Program-made: the position numbers and the translations under genes | The notes under the pieces: generated by a model | What the model saw: the letters and a program-made list of their open reading frames with translations, nothing else | What the model was told of the DNA's origin: nothing | The model's database searches: none | Shown here: one piece after another, positions 18,234-29,343 of the stretch | Layout of the letters: each line of letters begins with the position of its first letter | Numbering within the stretch: position 1 is the first letter of the stretch | NCBI GenBank assembly: GCA_004764695.1 | Contig: SMSO01000033.1 | Coordinates: 2,356,001 to 2,420,000 of the forward strand | From: Schizochytrium sp. TIO01 | Taxonomy: Eukaryota; Protista; Bigyra: Labyrinthulomycetes | Length of the DNA stretch: 64,000 nucleotides | Direction: 5' to 3'

Positions 18234-21200
18234 CATTAATTAATTGCCCTTTCGAAGGATCTTCAGCGGAGAGAGTCAGCGACTCAGTCTGACAGACCTT
18301 CCGAGTCTCCCCTCTCCCTCATCGCCGGCGAGGACTGCACAACCCGAGCTTTCTCGAGCCGCTGCGGGGAGAGCAAGCCGCTGCGGGCGACTAAGGGAGG
18401 GGTGCTGCGGGGAGCTGCTATCCACAGTGGGAGCCGTGCGAATTCTTGCGCTTTCGTCACAGAACCGACGCCATCGCCATAATTTGGGGAATTATTATTA
18501 CACCTCAGGCGATGGATAGATAGATAGATATATCCATCCAGCGACATGACCTAAAGATAGCAAGCAAGAACTCAACTGCCACGTAAATAGCGGCGATCGA
18601 AAGAGAGAAAGAGAGAAAGAAAATGAGCGAAAAAGAAGAGATGACAGTTCGTTCAAACTGACAACATGTTGTTATTATTATGTTTTTTTTTTTTTTTTTT
18701 TTTTTTAAATTGGAAAAAGGAAGCAACGAACGAACGGCACATTCTTCCTTCAGACATTTATTCCATCATGCAAATAATTAATTTTGATAATTCAAAATTT
18801 ATATTAAAAAAAAAAAAAAGAAAAAAAAAAAAGAGCAAACAAAGCAAACCCGAAGAACCTTTCAATCAAAATCGCCAAAAGCCGCCGCTCCCTCTGTGGT
18901 CCTGGGCTGGGCCCTTCGCGCTTCGATGGGCTTCTCACGGGGTGCAGCTCCATCCCGCCTTCTTCTCCCTCTCCTTCGCTGCGCCGGGAGAGGAAGGAGG
19001 CCCGTGGCTGGTTTATTCTTCCCTTTCGTGCCGCTTCCTGAACGATTTGGTTTTGCATATACATACATACATATATATTATATATATATATATATATCAT
19101 ATAATTTGAAATTGAAATTGAATTCAAAAAAAGAAAAAACGAATTCAAATCGTTCGCAAATCGTTCAAATCTTCTCCAAACCCCTCCTCCTCCTCCTCCT
19201 CCTTCACAGTCAGACAGGAAACCAACGACGACAGGACATCCAGCAGAGGCGCCGTTCGCAAAGACGCTCCGGCGGTCGAGTCGAGCAGGGCGTCGGCCGC
19301 CGTGACTTCAGACTCTCCTTTCTCCTCCTGGGTCCCAGTTCTTCTTCTCCCTCGAATCCGCTTCGATCTTCACTCATTCGCTCATTCACCAAATCATTCG
19401 TTCATTGAGCCATTCATTGAGCCATTCATTGATTGCCATTCCGTCGCGCTGCAGTTAATTCTCCAACTGGAGCCTCGAGGATGCCGACGCGGCGACCTCC
19501 TCATCTGATGCTCCTGAGCCTCCGCAGATCGAGCTCGAGGCGCGAGGCCATTGGCTCCGCGGTGGACGTGCTGCAAGTGCTGAGCTCGATGTATGGATGT
19601 ATGTATGGATGTATGTATGGATGTATCTTCTTGGCCAGACGATACCATGACAATTCGGATGGAGCTTTCGCAAAACTCAGCCCGTTCTCGCCGCTGGCGA
19701 CGAGCGGGTTTGCGCTCCTGGGAAGGCGAAGACGAAGACGAGACTGCGGCTGATCGGCCAATCGGCCAATCGGCCAACGATCGATTCCTCGCTGATTGAT
19801 CGATCGATGTGCTGATGGATTGATTTATTGGGGTCACTGCCGATGGCTGTGTGTCTCCTCCACTTCCATTCATTCACCTCTTCAAGGCTGAGCGGACCCT
19901 GAAAGTAAGTAACACGAAAGGAGCGGTTCGGCGCCTCGTCGGCTTGGGAGGAAGAAGAACTCAACGAAACTCAGTCGTCGTACAAAGATCGTACCGCCGA
20001 GAGAGCGCTTTGCGGCGGAAGCGACAGCGACATTGGAACTGCGCGATCATGCCGAGGCCGCATTGGCTCACAGGGAAAGAAAGATGTCATCAGCACTTGC
20101 AGCAGGCAGTGCTGGCGTATCTTTTTTTTTTTTTCTTTTTTTTTCTTTGCTGCTGCTGCTGCTGTAAAACTACGACCAAGGCGTCGAAGGTTATTTTGCC
20201 ATGGGCCTCACAAGGAGACACGTGCGGAATTCCCAGATGGCTTTAATCTGAGTCAGGGGAGTAAGGTTTGTATAGTTGGCGTATCACAGGATGGTAAGAG
20301 AAGCTACCTCGTTATATTATATACATGTGTCTTCTTAGAAAGATGAGGCGAGGTTTATGGGGAAGCCTTGCGATCATTATGGTCAAACCTGCTTCTAAGT
20401 TGCGGAAGAATCAAACCTGCCCATCATATGTTTGAGGTTGTTTCTGTTCGTATCAGGTTTTTTATTGTTGGGTTTGCTCGCGTTATTCAATTTGATACTT
20501 TGGTACACGCGACGCATGCGACGAATCAAATTGACAGCACATGAATATCTGTATCTGCTCTTGACATGATGTCACGCGAATTTGCGAGGTCACATGTGAA
20601 TGCGGCAGGAAGGCATGCTAATCTTACCTCAGTGTTGCCTTGCGCCTTGTTTTCTTTCAAAGTTTTATAAAACTCTTCGCCGTCGAGGTAGCAACGAAGA
20701 GACTTCAAGTCCGATGGAGATTTTGAGATTCCCTCAGCACACTCCTGCCTATTTGCAGAATAAATATGTGCGTGAAATTGAAATTGATCCTCGTCTGTCC
20801 GAACACGGCACTGCTGCCTCACGAATGGACCAGTGCTGAGTCCGTGCTCGCCACACCCTCCAATTTGCTTACATCACCTGCGTCAATGTTGATGATCAGC
20901 GCACATTCACTGACCCATTAATTGGAAGGAAGCCTCTTCCACCATAGTCCTTTTCCAGACTTGAAAACTATCTCTAAGATCAGTATATGCGTGATGCTTT
21001 CCTTTCCGCACTGTCATATCGAGGTTCATACAAGTGAATAGCTTTCGCAAACAACAGAAATATTCGCCAGAGAAGTAAGTCCATATCTGTCTGAGTGATA
21101 CGGATTATGGGCACTGCCCACCAGCAATCATAAATAATCTCAGCGACGAGCGTCCTCACGCTTCTCGGTTCAGGACGGGCTTCTACGCGGTTTCCTACAG

Positions 21201-21371
21201 AGGGACGTTCGCGTTCGAGAGCCTTTTACGACTTCTGCGGAGACCGCCCGCAGTCTATGATCGATTGCGAAGCGCTTCACAATCGTGTTTCACAATCTAG
21301 CCCAATTCACGTGCTACCTATTTAGCTGCTCCAGAACAGCCCGAGGATCTGTTCGCAATTTGCAATTCTCT

Positions 21372-21454
21372 GCTGCAGATTGCAAAGCTGCAAATTGCAA
21401 AAGCTGCAAATTGCAAAAGCTGCAAATTGCAAAGCTGCAAATTGCAAAGCTGCA
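21372..21454. repeat. Tandem 15-16 bp minisatellite GCTGCAAATTGCAAA(A), 5 copies plus a partial copy
   Basis: gctgcagattgcaaa|gctgcaaattgcaaaa|gctgcaaattgcaaaa|gctgcaaattgcaaa|gctgcaaattgcaaa|gctgca. Confidence 0.9.
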
Positions 21455-21942
21455 TGGAGGTGAGTGGACCTATCGTAGGAGCAGGAGCTCCATAAGGCTC
21501 GCGCCGACTTACACGACATGAACGAGGGCAACGCTGAGGATGATGACGCTGTCTACAGTACCCGCTAAGCCCACTTCTACTTGCTGATCTCCTCTCCCTA
21601 CCAAAGCTGAGCTGAGCTGAGCTGAGCTGATCTATTATTTATTTATTTTTATTAAAGTTAATTCGTCTCTTGGTTTGCTCATCAGCGCTACCGCCGACTA
21701 ACAGGTACGTACAAGTATACTTATTCTGCGAGAACGATACGTGCATGATTTATCTATGTTCTAAAACTCGAAGTTATTGCTAAACTCTTGTCATTCCTGA
21801 TGGTAATGAAGCGATTTGTGGAGCAAGTGATTGCTACTTTCACTTCCTTCTTCTTCTAGTTAGTTTGTTTGCTTGTTTATCAGTTAGTTTGCTCAAAGTT
21901 TGGCTGTTTGTTTGTTCAATATTTGTTTGTTTGTTCAATATT

Positions 21943-21996
21943 TGTTTGAATGTTTGAATGTTTGAATGTTTGAATGTTTGAATGTTTGAATGTTTG
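21943..21996. repeat. (TGTTTGAA)n octamer tandem repeat
   Basis: Direct reading, about 6-7 copies. Confidence 0.9.
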
Positions 21997-22378
21997 ATTG
22001 ATTGTGTGCCAAAGAGAGAGAGAGAAGGAGCTGATGAGAAAGGTGGGTTGAGTCCTGCGCAGAGCCTGATCGCCTTCTTCCTCGCCTTGAACCTGAGGAG
22101 CGCACGCGCCCGAAAGCGCAGGAGATCGAGCCGCGGCGACGGAGGGCGTGAACAGGGAAGCCTCGCCCGCCCGCCCACCCGTCTGTCCACGCCTGCTCCG
22201 CGAAGACGGAGACAGGCTCTGCGGATGGTTGGAGCGTAAGGAGAGCGATCGCAATCCTCTCCAATCTCTCTCTCTCTAACGAACGAACGAACGAACGAAC
22301 AAATGAATGAACTCGAAGAAAGAAACGAACTCCTTTTACTCTTCTTTATTTGTCATTTGTCGTCTGTTCTTCACGCAA

Positions 22379-22441
22379 AATGAATGAATGAATGAATGAA
22401 TGAATGAATGAATGAATGAATGAATGAATGAATGAATGAAT
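22379..22441. repeat. (TGAA)n microsatellite, about 15 copies
   Basis: Direct reading. Confidence 0.97.
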
Positions 22442-23691
22442 TATCCCAAAGTGCTTATTGCGCCATAGTAATCGTACGATGGCTTCTTCTTCAAGTTTTC
22501 GCTATTAGTTATCACCTGAAATCCACACCAAACGAGCTCTTAACAATTTTCTTCCTGTCAAAGAGGGATACGTATAAGGACTGGCGCCATCCGTCCTTTG
22601 GCTTTCGCGATGGGATCGTTGCAGAGGAGGCCTCGAAAGGCATCGCAAGGCGCACGTTGTGATGGAGAGGAGCTCTGGAGGGGACGAAAGCGCGAGCGGA
22701 GGAGGCGCTTTGACCTCGACGAGAGCCTTCAACCATGCGGCAGCAGCAGAAGAAGGAGAAGGAGAAGGAGAAGGAGAAGTGAGGGGTGATTACTGTCGGA
22801 TACTCTTTTCTTTGTTTATCTTTTCTTTTTACACTGCATAATAATGAATGTGATTGAATTCTTCGTTTGTTATCCTTCTCAGAGCGCCAGGAGGTGGAAG
22901 ATACAGCCCCGCAGTCGTTGCCAGGAAAGGCAACCCCTCACGGGGGCTACATACCACAGCTGCAGTGGAGGAGGGAGAGGCGCTCAGAAGAATCTTCCAC
23001 AGTGACTGCGGTTAGCTGCAGGAGACGCCTCACAGCAGAATGGGGGAATCACGCGGCGCAGAGGAGACGCAGTGAGGGGGTCCATGCCTCTGTCTGTCTG
23101 TCTATCTCTATTGGGTTTCTTTCTTTTTTCTTGTTTTCTTTCTTGTTTTCTTTCTTGTTTTCTTTCTTTCTTTCTTTCCTCCTTTTGGAGTTTGTGATTG
23201 AAAAAGAAATGAAAGTCAGCAATCGATCAAATTCAACGATTGATTCGAATAGTCACTCTAACATAATCGATCGAGTGCTCGATCTTCAGGGCATCGTCAC
23301 CAAACTGCAATCAAAGAAAAGCTGAGGCGGCTGCTGCGACCGCGAGGAGGATCGCGACTTCTGTGCTCGACTGCAGGAACTGAGGGCGCAGCTGCTTATC
23401 CGCGAGCAGTGGGAAACTAACTGAGTCATCAGCGAGGCCTGCTGTAGCGTGACGAACGAAGCAGCCAACCAACTGACTCCAAGAACTACGCCGAAAACTG
23501 CAGTATCGACCACGACAGTGACATCGACAGCGACAGCAAAGATCTGCGGACGATCTACCAGACCCATATTCTGGCCAGACCTGCAGAGTCCATCGGTCGA
23601 CCGGTCTTTCAAGCTAGTTGAATATTTCACAAATTGATTGATTGCTTGGTGGAATTCCGCAAGAAGGAAAGGCCACCAGAATTCATTCAAA

Positions 23692-26600
23692 ATGCAGGAA
23701 AAGGCGCCCAAAGATGGCGCTCTTCACGTCGCTGTGATCGGCACGGGCATTGCTGGCCTGTCGACCGCTCTCGCATTGGCGCAGCAAGGATGTAAGGTCA
23801 GTGTCTTTGAGAAAGAAGATCGCCTTGGTGGCCACTCCTTCACCTACCCTGGCGAAGGCGACCGCCCCCCCGTGGATCTTGGATTCCAGGTCATGAACAA
23901 TACAACCTACCCGTATCTGACGACCCTGTTTGACTCCCTTGGCGTCATCACAGAACCCTCAGATATGTCGTTTGCCTTCAGCGTGGATGATGGACGTGTC
24001 GAGTGGAGCTCTGACGTTCTCTTCGCCCAGTCTCAAAATGCACGCGACCCAGGCTTTCTGTACATGATTCGCGAAATCTTTCGCTTTGCAGGCTCCACAG
24101 AAGTTCTCGACGAGACCAAGAGCGACGAGTTTGAGAGCATGACTCTTGGCGAGTACCTAGATATGCGTGGCTACAGCCAGCGATTCCGCTCGGACTACCT
24201 CTTGCCCACCACAGCCGCTATTTGGAGCGTCCCAAACCAAAAGATGGAGCAGTACCCGATTAAGCCTCTGGTGGCTTTCATGGCGAATCACCACCTGCTC
24301 TCACCTCTTGGAGAGCGTCCGCGCTGGCGCGTGGTCGCTGATCGCAGCAAAACCTATGTCGATGTGATCGCCAAAGAACTTGAGCAGCTTGGAGCGAGCA
24401 TTCGCCTCAACTCCCCCGTCAAATCTGTTCGCTATTCCACGACGGAGAACGCATCCAAATCAAAGTCCGTCAAGGTTACCTATACGAACGGATCTGCCGA
24501 GCAGAACACTTCCGAGGAGACTTTTGACCACGTTGTACTGGCAACCCACTCTGATCTTTCCACTGCCATGCTCGGCGAGGACAACGCCGAAGCTAAAGAC
24601 CGTGAACAAGTCTCGAAGATTCGATACCAGCCCAACCGCGTAATTTTGCATTCAGACGCTTCGCAAATGCCACGTGAACGCTCTGCTTGGGCTTCATGGA
24701 ACGTTCTCGATAAACGTGCCAATGTAGATGACGATCCATCCGCTCGCGATATTTGTGTCACCTACTGGCTCAATCATTTGCAAAACTTGCCAGAGTCTGC
24801 TCCCCTTCTCTTGTGCACCCTGAATCCCATAGCAGAGCCCGAGGCATCTAGTGTCATCTACGAAACTGTTCTAGACCACCCCATCTTTGATACAGATGCC
24901 ATGCAAGCTCAGCGCGAAATCAACAAGACACAAGCCAAGGACACGCCGGCGACTCGCTCCATCTGGTTTGCTGGAGCTTGGCTTGGATCCGGCTTCCATG
25001 AAGATGGAATTCGATCTGCGTTAGCAGTGTGTAAGTCTCTGACTGGAGACGTGCCTCTGTGGGCCCAGCAAGCTGGTGCTCCGGAACACCCCGGGTTAAA
25101 GATTATTCGTGGCCCTTCCCCGGACAAGACCATTATGCAGCGCTTTGGTCTTCAAATCTTTCAGTCGGTTGCCAAACGTGGTCTGCAGAAGGGTTACATG
25201 CAACTTATGCTCCCAGATGGCAATGATGCCACCTTTGGTCGGTCATCTTACGAGGATGCCAAGGCGCGTGGAGAACCTGCTGTCCGCATGCGCATTCTTG
25301 ACCTCGGCATGATGTTCAAGTGCATCGCCGAATCAGATATCGGTCTTGGTGAGGCCTACATTAACCGCATGTTTGATGTTGACGACCTTCCAGCACTTTT
25401 TGATCTTCTGATCGTCAACAACGAGACACTCCGTGAGACATTGAACCCGCTCGGCCTCTCTGCTAACTCAGGCCTCGCCTCTTTTGTGGGAGCAATCTCT
25501 TATTGCATAGGCAACGTGATTGAAAACATCCGCCACCTTGGTAATGATAACACGGTTACTGGCTCCCGTCGTAACATTGAGTCCCACTACGATGCTGGTA
25601 ATGACATGTACAAGCTATTTTTGGATAAGTCTCTAACGTACTCTTGTGGTCTTCACCGTCGTGAGTACGGTGCTGAGAATGCAAAACCAGGTGAAATCCT
25701 TGATTTGCACGAGGCTCAGCTGGCCAAACTTGATAGTATTATCAAGAAAGCACAGCTCAAGCCTAGCGACCATGTGCTTGAAATTGGTTGTGGCTGGGGA
25801 TCCTTTGCTATTCGTGCAGCTAGTACAGTTGGCTGTAAAGTAACCGGCATCACAATCTCAACGGAGCAGTTGGCCGAAGCCCGGGAGCGTGTTCGTGAAG
25901 CTGGTCTTGAGGACAAGGTCAACCTCATCATCTTTGATTACAGGAAAATGGGTATCCCCAAGCGTAGGGCTGGCAAAGGCGACGCTCTCGAGTATGAGCG
26001 CGACCTTGCCCCAGGCCACTTTGACAAAATTGTTTCAATTGAGATGCTCGAAGCAGTTGGACACGACCACCTCCCGGAGTACTTTGAAACCGTCGACCGT
26101 ATGCTCAAGCCCGGAGGTATTGCTGTAATTCAGGTCATCTCACTCAAGGACGAACGCTATGAAGAGTATCGCCGTACGTCTGATTTCATTCGTCGCTTCA
26201 TCTTCCCTGGAGGTCACCTTCCTTGTCATGCAGCGGTCAAGTGGGCTTCTGACCCTACAAGTCTCGTGATGGACCAGGTGGATGATATTGGTCCAGACTA
26301 TGCTGTGACCCTGCGGATGTGGCGAGAAAACTTCATTAAAAAGCATGATGAGATTCGCGCTCTCGGGTACCCAGAGACCTTTTTCCGCTGCTTCGATATG
26401 TACTTTGCATACTGCGAGGCTGGCTTCCAGCAGAATTATATTCATAACTACCACTTGGTGTTCAAAAAAGATGAAACTCTCAAAAAGCAAGAGCGCGATG
26501 AGAAGGAAAAGACTCAGCTCCAAGCGCTTTACAACCGCACGTTGGTACCTGCAGTCTTTTTTTCAATGAGCCTCATTGGTTGCCTTTCGTTGACTCTCAA

Positions 26601-28817
26601 CCCGACGATACGTCAGGTTGTCAGCATTTGCTGCAGTGCTGGGCTTTTCACCTCCATTTGCGCGTACTTTTTGCCTCAAATGGACCCGGCTATGGACACA
26701 TCTTCGCGTCGCGCGAATCATTACATTCGCTTGGTGTTTGTACGTTTCTTAATCTCAGCCGCAATGTGTGCCATCGTCCTTGGCTTGATCGCCTTTCATG
26801 AAGTTCTTTACACCACACGTGTGGCTCGCGCTGGCCTATGGACTACCTCATCTGGTTTGGGGGGCAGCAATAGCAATGTTGTCGCCAGCGAAGCCGATGA
26901 CTCCACATTCAACTTGTCGACGGATGCTCCGCAATCCATCTACTTTTGTGAATGGGGAAGTGACGAGACTCTTTGCCAGACCCAGGGAGGTACTAGTGCA
27001 TCGAGTATGATCTATGTACATAGCCCTATGCACTTTGTGGTGGGATGTCTTGCATTCGCATCTGTATCCCGCCTCTTGCTGGAACGTAACCTGATGAACA
27101 TGCTCCATGCACTCGCTCTCCTTGTGCTCAATGTGCTTTCTCATTCTTCGGACACCAAAACATCAACTACTGCTCTGGGCCTTGCCATTGTCCATGGTGC
27201 CAGTGAACTTCACGCTGCGATTAGCGCAGCTCGAACCTTGCTTAGTTTGAAGGGCTTTTCCTGGAGTGACAACCTTTACCACCACATGTGGACCATTGAC
27301 ATCTCCAGCCTTCTCATTATTCGTTGGATCCCCGTTCCTGTACTTCTCTCCCCTGTCATTCTTCGTTCGCCGTGGCCAGTTTTCATTTCAATCTGTCTCA
27401 TTGCGATTCGTGAATGCTCTGTTCTCCTTGACACGCTCCTTGCCTTAAAAGAAGACTACGAGAACCGTCTTAATGCCGAGGACCTGCTCAGCCAGGCCCG
27501 CAACCGTGGTGAGATTGTGAACAACATGGTCGGTTCTCACGAATCTCAGCAGACAACTGCTGCACGTACGTAAACAGAACAGAATTTGCGAGCGCTAGAG
27601 AAAAGTCGACATTTTACCTGAAGCATATACAAAGTGTCACTTTGCCTCTAGTAAATCGCTACAAATACATGCACAACTCTAACTAACATTGCTTTATGCG
27701 ATCTTTTTTCTTTTGTGAAATTTCACCGATCCTCGTCCCATGCCCCCCCCCTTCCCCCCGCCATTCTTTGGATCTTCCTTCTCCGTTTTCATCTTTAACT
27801 TCCTCAGATGGATCAGCAATTTATCACGGTACGGTGTATCACCAGCGCAACAAAGTTGAGGGTGCATCAAATGCGCGGCATGTGTTTAAGTACAATGTTT
27901 GGATGTCACTTGTTGATCTAGCAGAGGTCAAGCACGGCAAGGCTTTCCAAAATTCAATGTTTGTTAGCGCGAACAAGCCGAATTTTTTCTGCTGGTACCG
28001 TAAGGATCACTTCATTGGCCCTGCTGGGCCAGAACAGCCCCTCGATGAATGCATTCGTGACCTTGTTCTCGAGCAGACTGGCCGCAAACTGTCCACTGAA
28101 GGTAATGTTTTGCTTTTGACCAACATTCGCTGCTTTGGATTTGCATTTAACCCAGTGTCTGTCTTTTACTGCGTCGATCCCTCCCACACGCGTCTTGAAG
28201 CTGTCGTTCTTGAGGTTTCCAATACTCCATGGCTCCAAAAACGAATGTATGTAATTCCATTTGACCATGCCGATGAAGATGGTAAATGGCGCTCGAAGTG
28301 GCGGAAGGACTTTCATGTCAGTCCATTCTTTGACGTATTTTACAATTATGAGTGGTCCCTAGATATGCCAGGAGATACTATTTCTGTCCGTGCTGTGAGT
28401 ACGCGTCGCGATCCAGATACAGATGGTGCAGAAGAGGCCCCAGCACGTAAGGGTGAGCCATGGAACCAAAAGCTCGGGACTGCTCCTACACAGATACTAA
28501 GTGACGAAGAACGAAATCAACCAGATGGTCCTCGCACATTTATTGCCGGTGTTAATCTCAAACGCTCCTCTGCAGATGAGCAATGGCGCCAACTTCTAAC
28601 CCAGCCTCTTCTGACTATCTCAATCGTCTTGTACATTCATATCCACGCTGTGATCGTAACTTTCCGTAAAGGCTGTGAGCAAAAGCTCACTCCAGTTAAC
28701 GCCCCAGCTGTTGGTCTTGTGGATGCTCTGCGGCACTTATCTTTATTTGCTGTAGCAGGTGTAGCGGGCATCTGGAGCACAATTGTTTCACCTTTTACAG
28801 GCGTAAAGACTAAGTAA
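23692..28817 (+). CDS. Spliced multi-domain lipid-modifying enzyme, join(23692..27565,27808..28817), ~1627 aa: FAD-dependent oxidoreductase (COG2907/UfaD-like) + CFA-synthase-type methyltransferase (UfaM/plant CPS-like) + TLC-like membrane domain + DUF1365 (UfaO-like)
   Basis: FAD domain: VAVIGTGIAGL, FEKEDRLGGH, VDLGFQVMNNTTYP, SDMSF, WASWN, TYWLNHLQ, WFAGAWLGSGFHEDG. Methyltransferase: IGLGEAY, SRRNIESHYDAGNDMY..FLD..LTYSC, VLEIGCGWG, SIEMLEAVG, FIFPGG, YFAYCEAGF. A multi-TM segment follows. DUF1365: IYHGTVYHQR, LLTNIRCFGFAFNPVSVFYC, EVSNTPW, KDFHVSPFF. An in-frame GT-AG intron links the two ORFs. First ATG at 23692. Confidence 0.85.
27566..27807 (+). other. Predicted 242-nt phase-1 spliceosomal intron
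   Basis: Donor C|GTACGT at 27566, just before the exon-1-frame TAA. Branch-like CTAAC at 27683-27687. About 120 nt pyrimidine-rich with no AG until TTCCTCAG| at 27807. The junction codon C+AT=CAT keeps frame (...QQTTAA-H-GSAIYHG...). Confidence 0.8.
27808..28817 (+). CDS. DUF1365 (UfaO-like) domain exon; listed as the separate ORF 27696..28817 in the track
   Basis: Family motifs Y.G.V.H.R, F.Y...M..VDL, R.FGF.FNPVS..YC, EV.NTPW, K.FHVSPF. The first 37 aa of the listed ORF are translated polypyrimidine tract. Confidence 0.88.
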
Positions 28818-29343
28818 GCAGATATCTAGCTCTTTAAAGTCTTTCTCACTTCATCCTAAAAATTCATCTTGGAACTCAAGTAAACATAATATTAAAATTC
28901 TGTATATTGCTTACGTCTGATTTCACGACACTTGCTATGGCGCATCGGAAAAGCTAATCTGCATGTAATTGTTTGCCTCAGAAAGCTAGCAGCTCGGATG
29001 TTAGATTTTAAAGGAATATCGACACCGCAGACTCCAAGTTTTTTTGGTGCTTTTTAGAGGAATGTATATCTTTCCAACCTATTTTCTGCTTACTTATTTT
29101 CACTACTGTCTATTAGTTGAACTTCAAATTAAGAAAAAAATGGTTCCAGTTTTCCTGAATTGCGTTGTATGAAATTACCTCCAGTACAGAGATTTGGTGA
29201 TGATAAACCTACTTGTACCGGCGTGTTGACTATTTTGCACTTGTGTTTAACGTGAAATATCAATACCGAAACGTCTCAAACAAAATATTTATCAATTTCT
29301 TTTCGTAACAGTGATTTTCAAGACAACTTCCTGACTAGCGCAC

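Noticed and set aside
21372-21454. Possible CRISPR-like array
   Set aside because: Repeats abut with no unique spacers; eukaryotic context and no cas genes.
17700-23640. Many 60-170 aa ORFs in the spacer
   Set aside because: Translations are dominated by microsatellite-derived peptides (NQSI, KKER, YGCM, IQTFKHSN).
23638-23691. TTG-initiated N-terminal extension of the fusion ORF
   Set aside because: Eukaryotic gene; the first ATG (AAAATGC) is at 23692, immediately before the Rossmann motif.
27696-27807. Listed start of the 373-aa ORF (MRSFFFCEISP...PPPSP)
   Set aside because: It is a translated polypyrimidine tract between a branch point and a 3' splice site; homology begins only after 27808.
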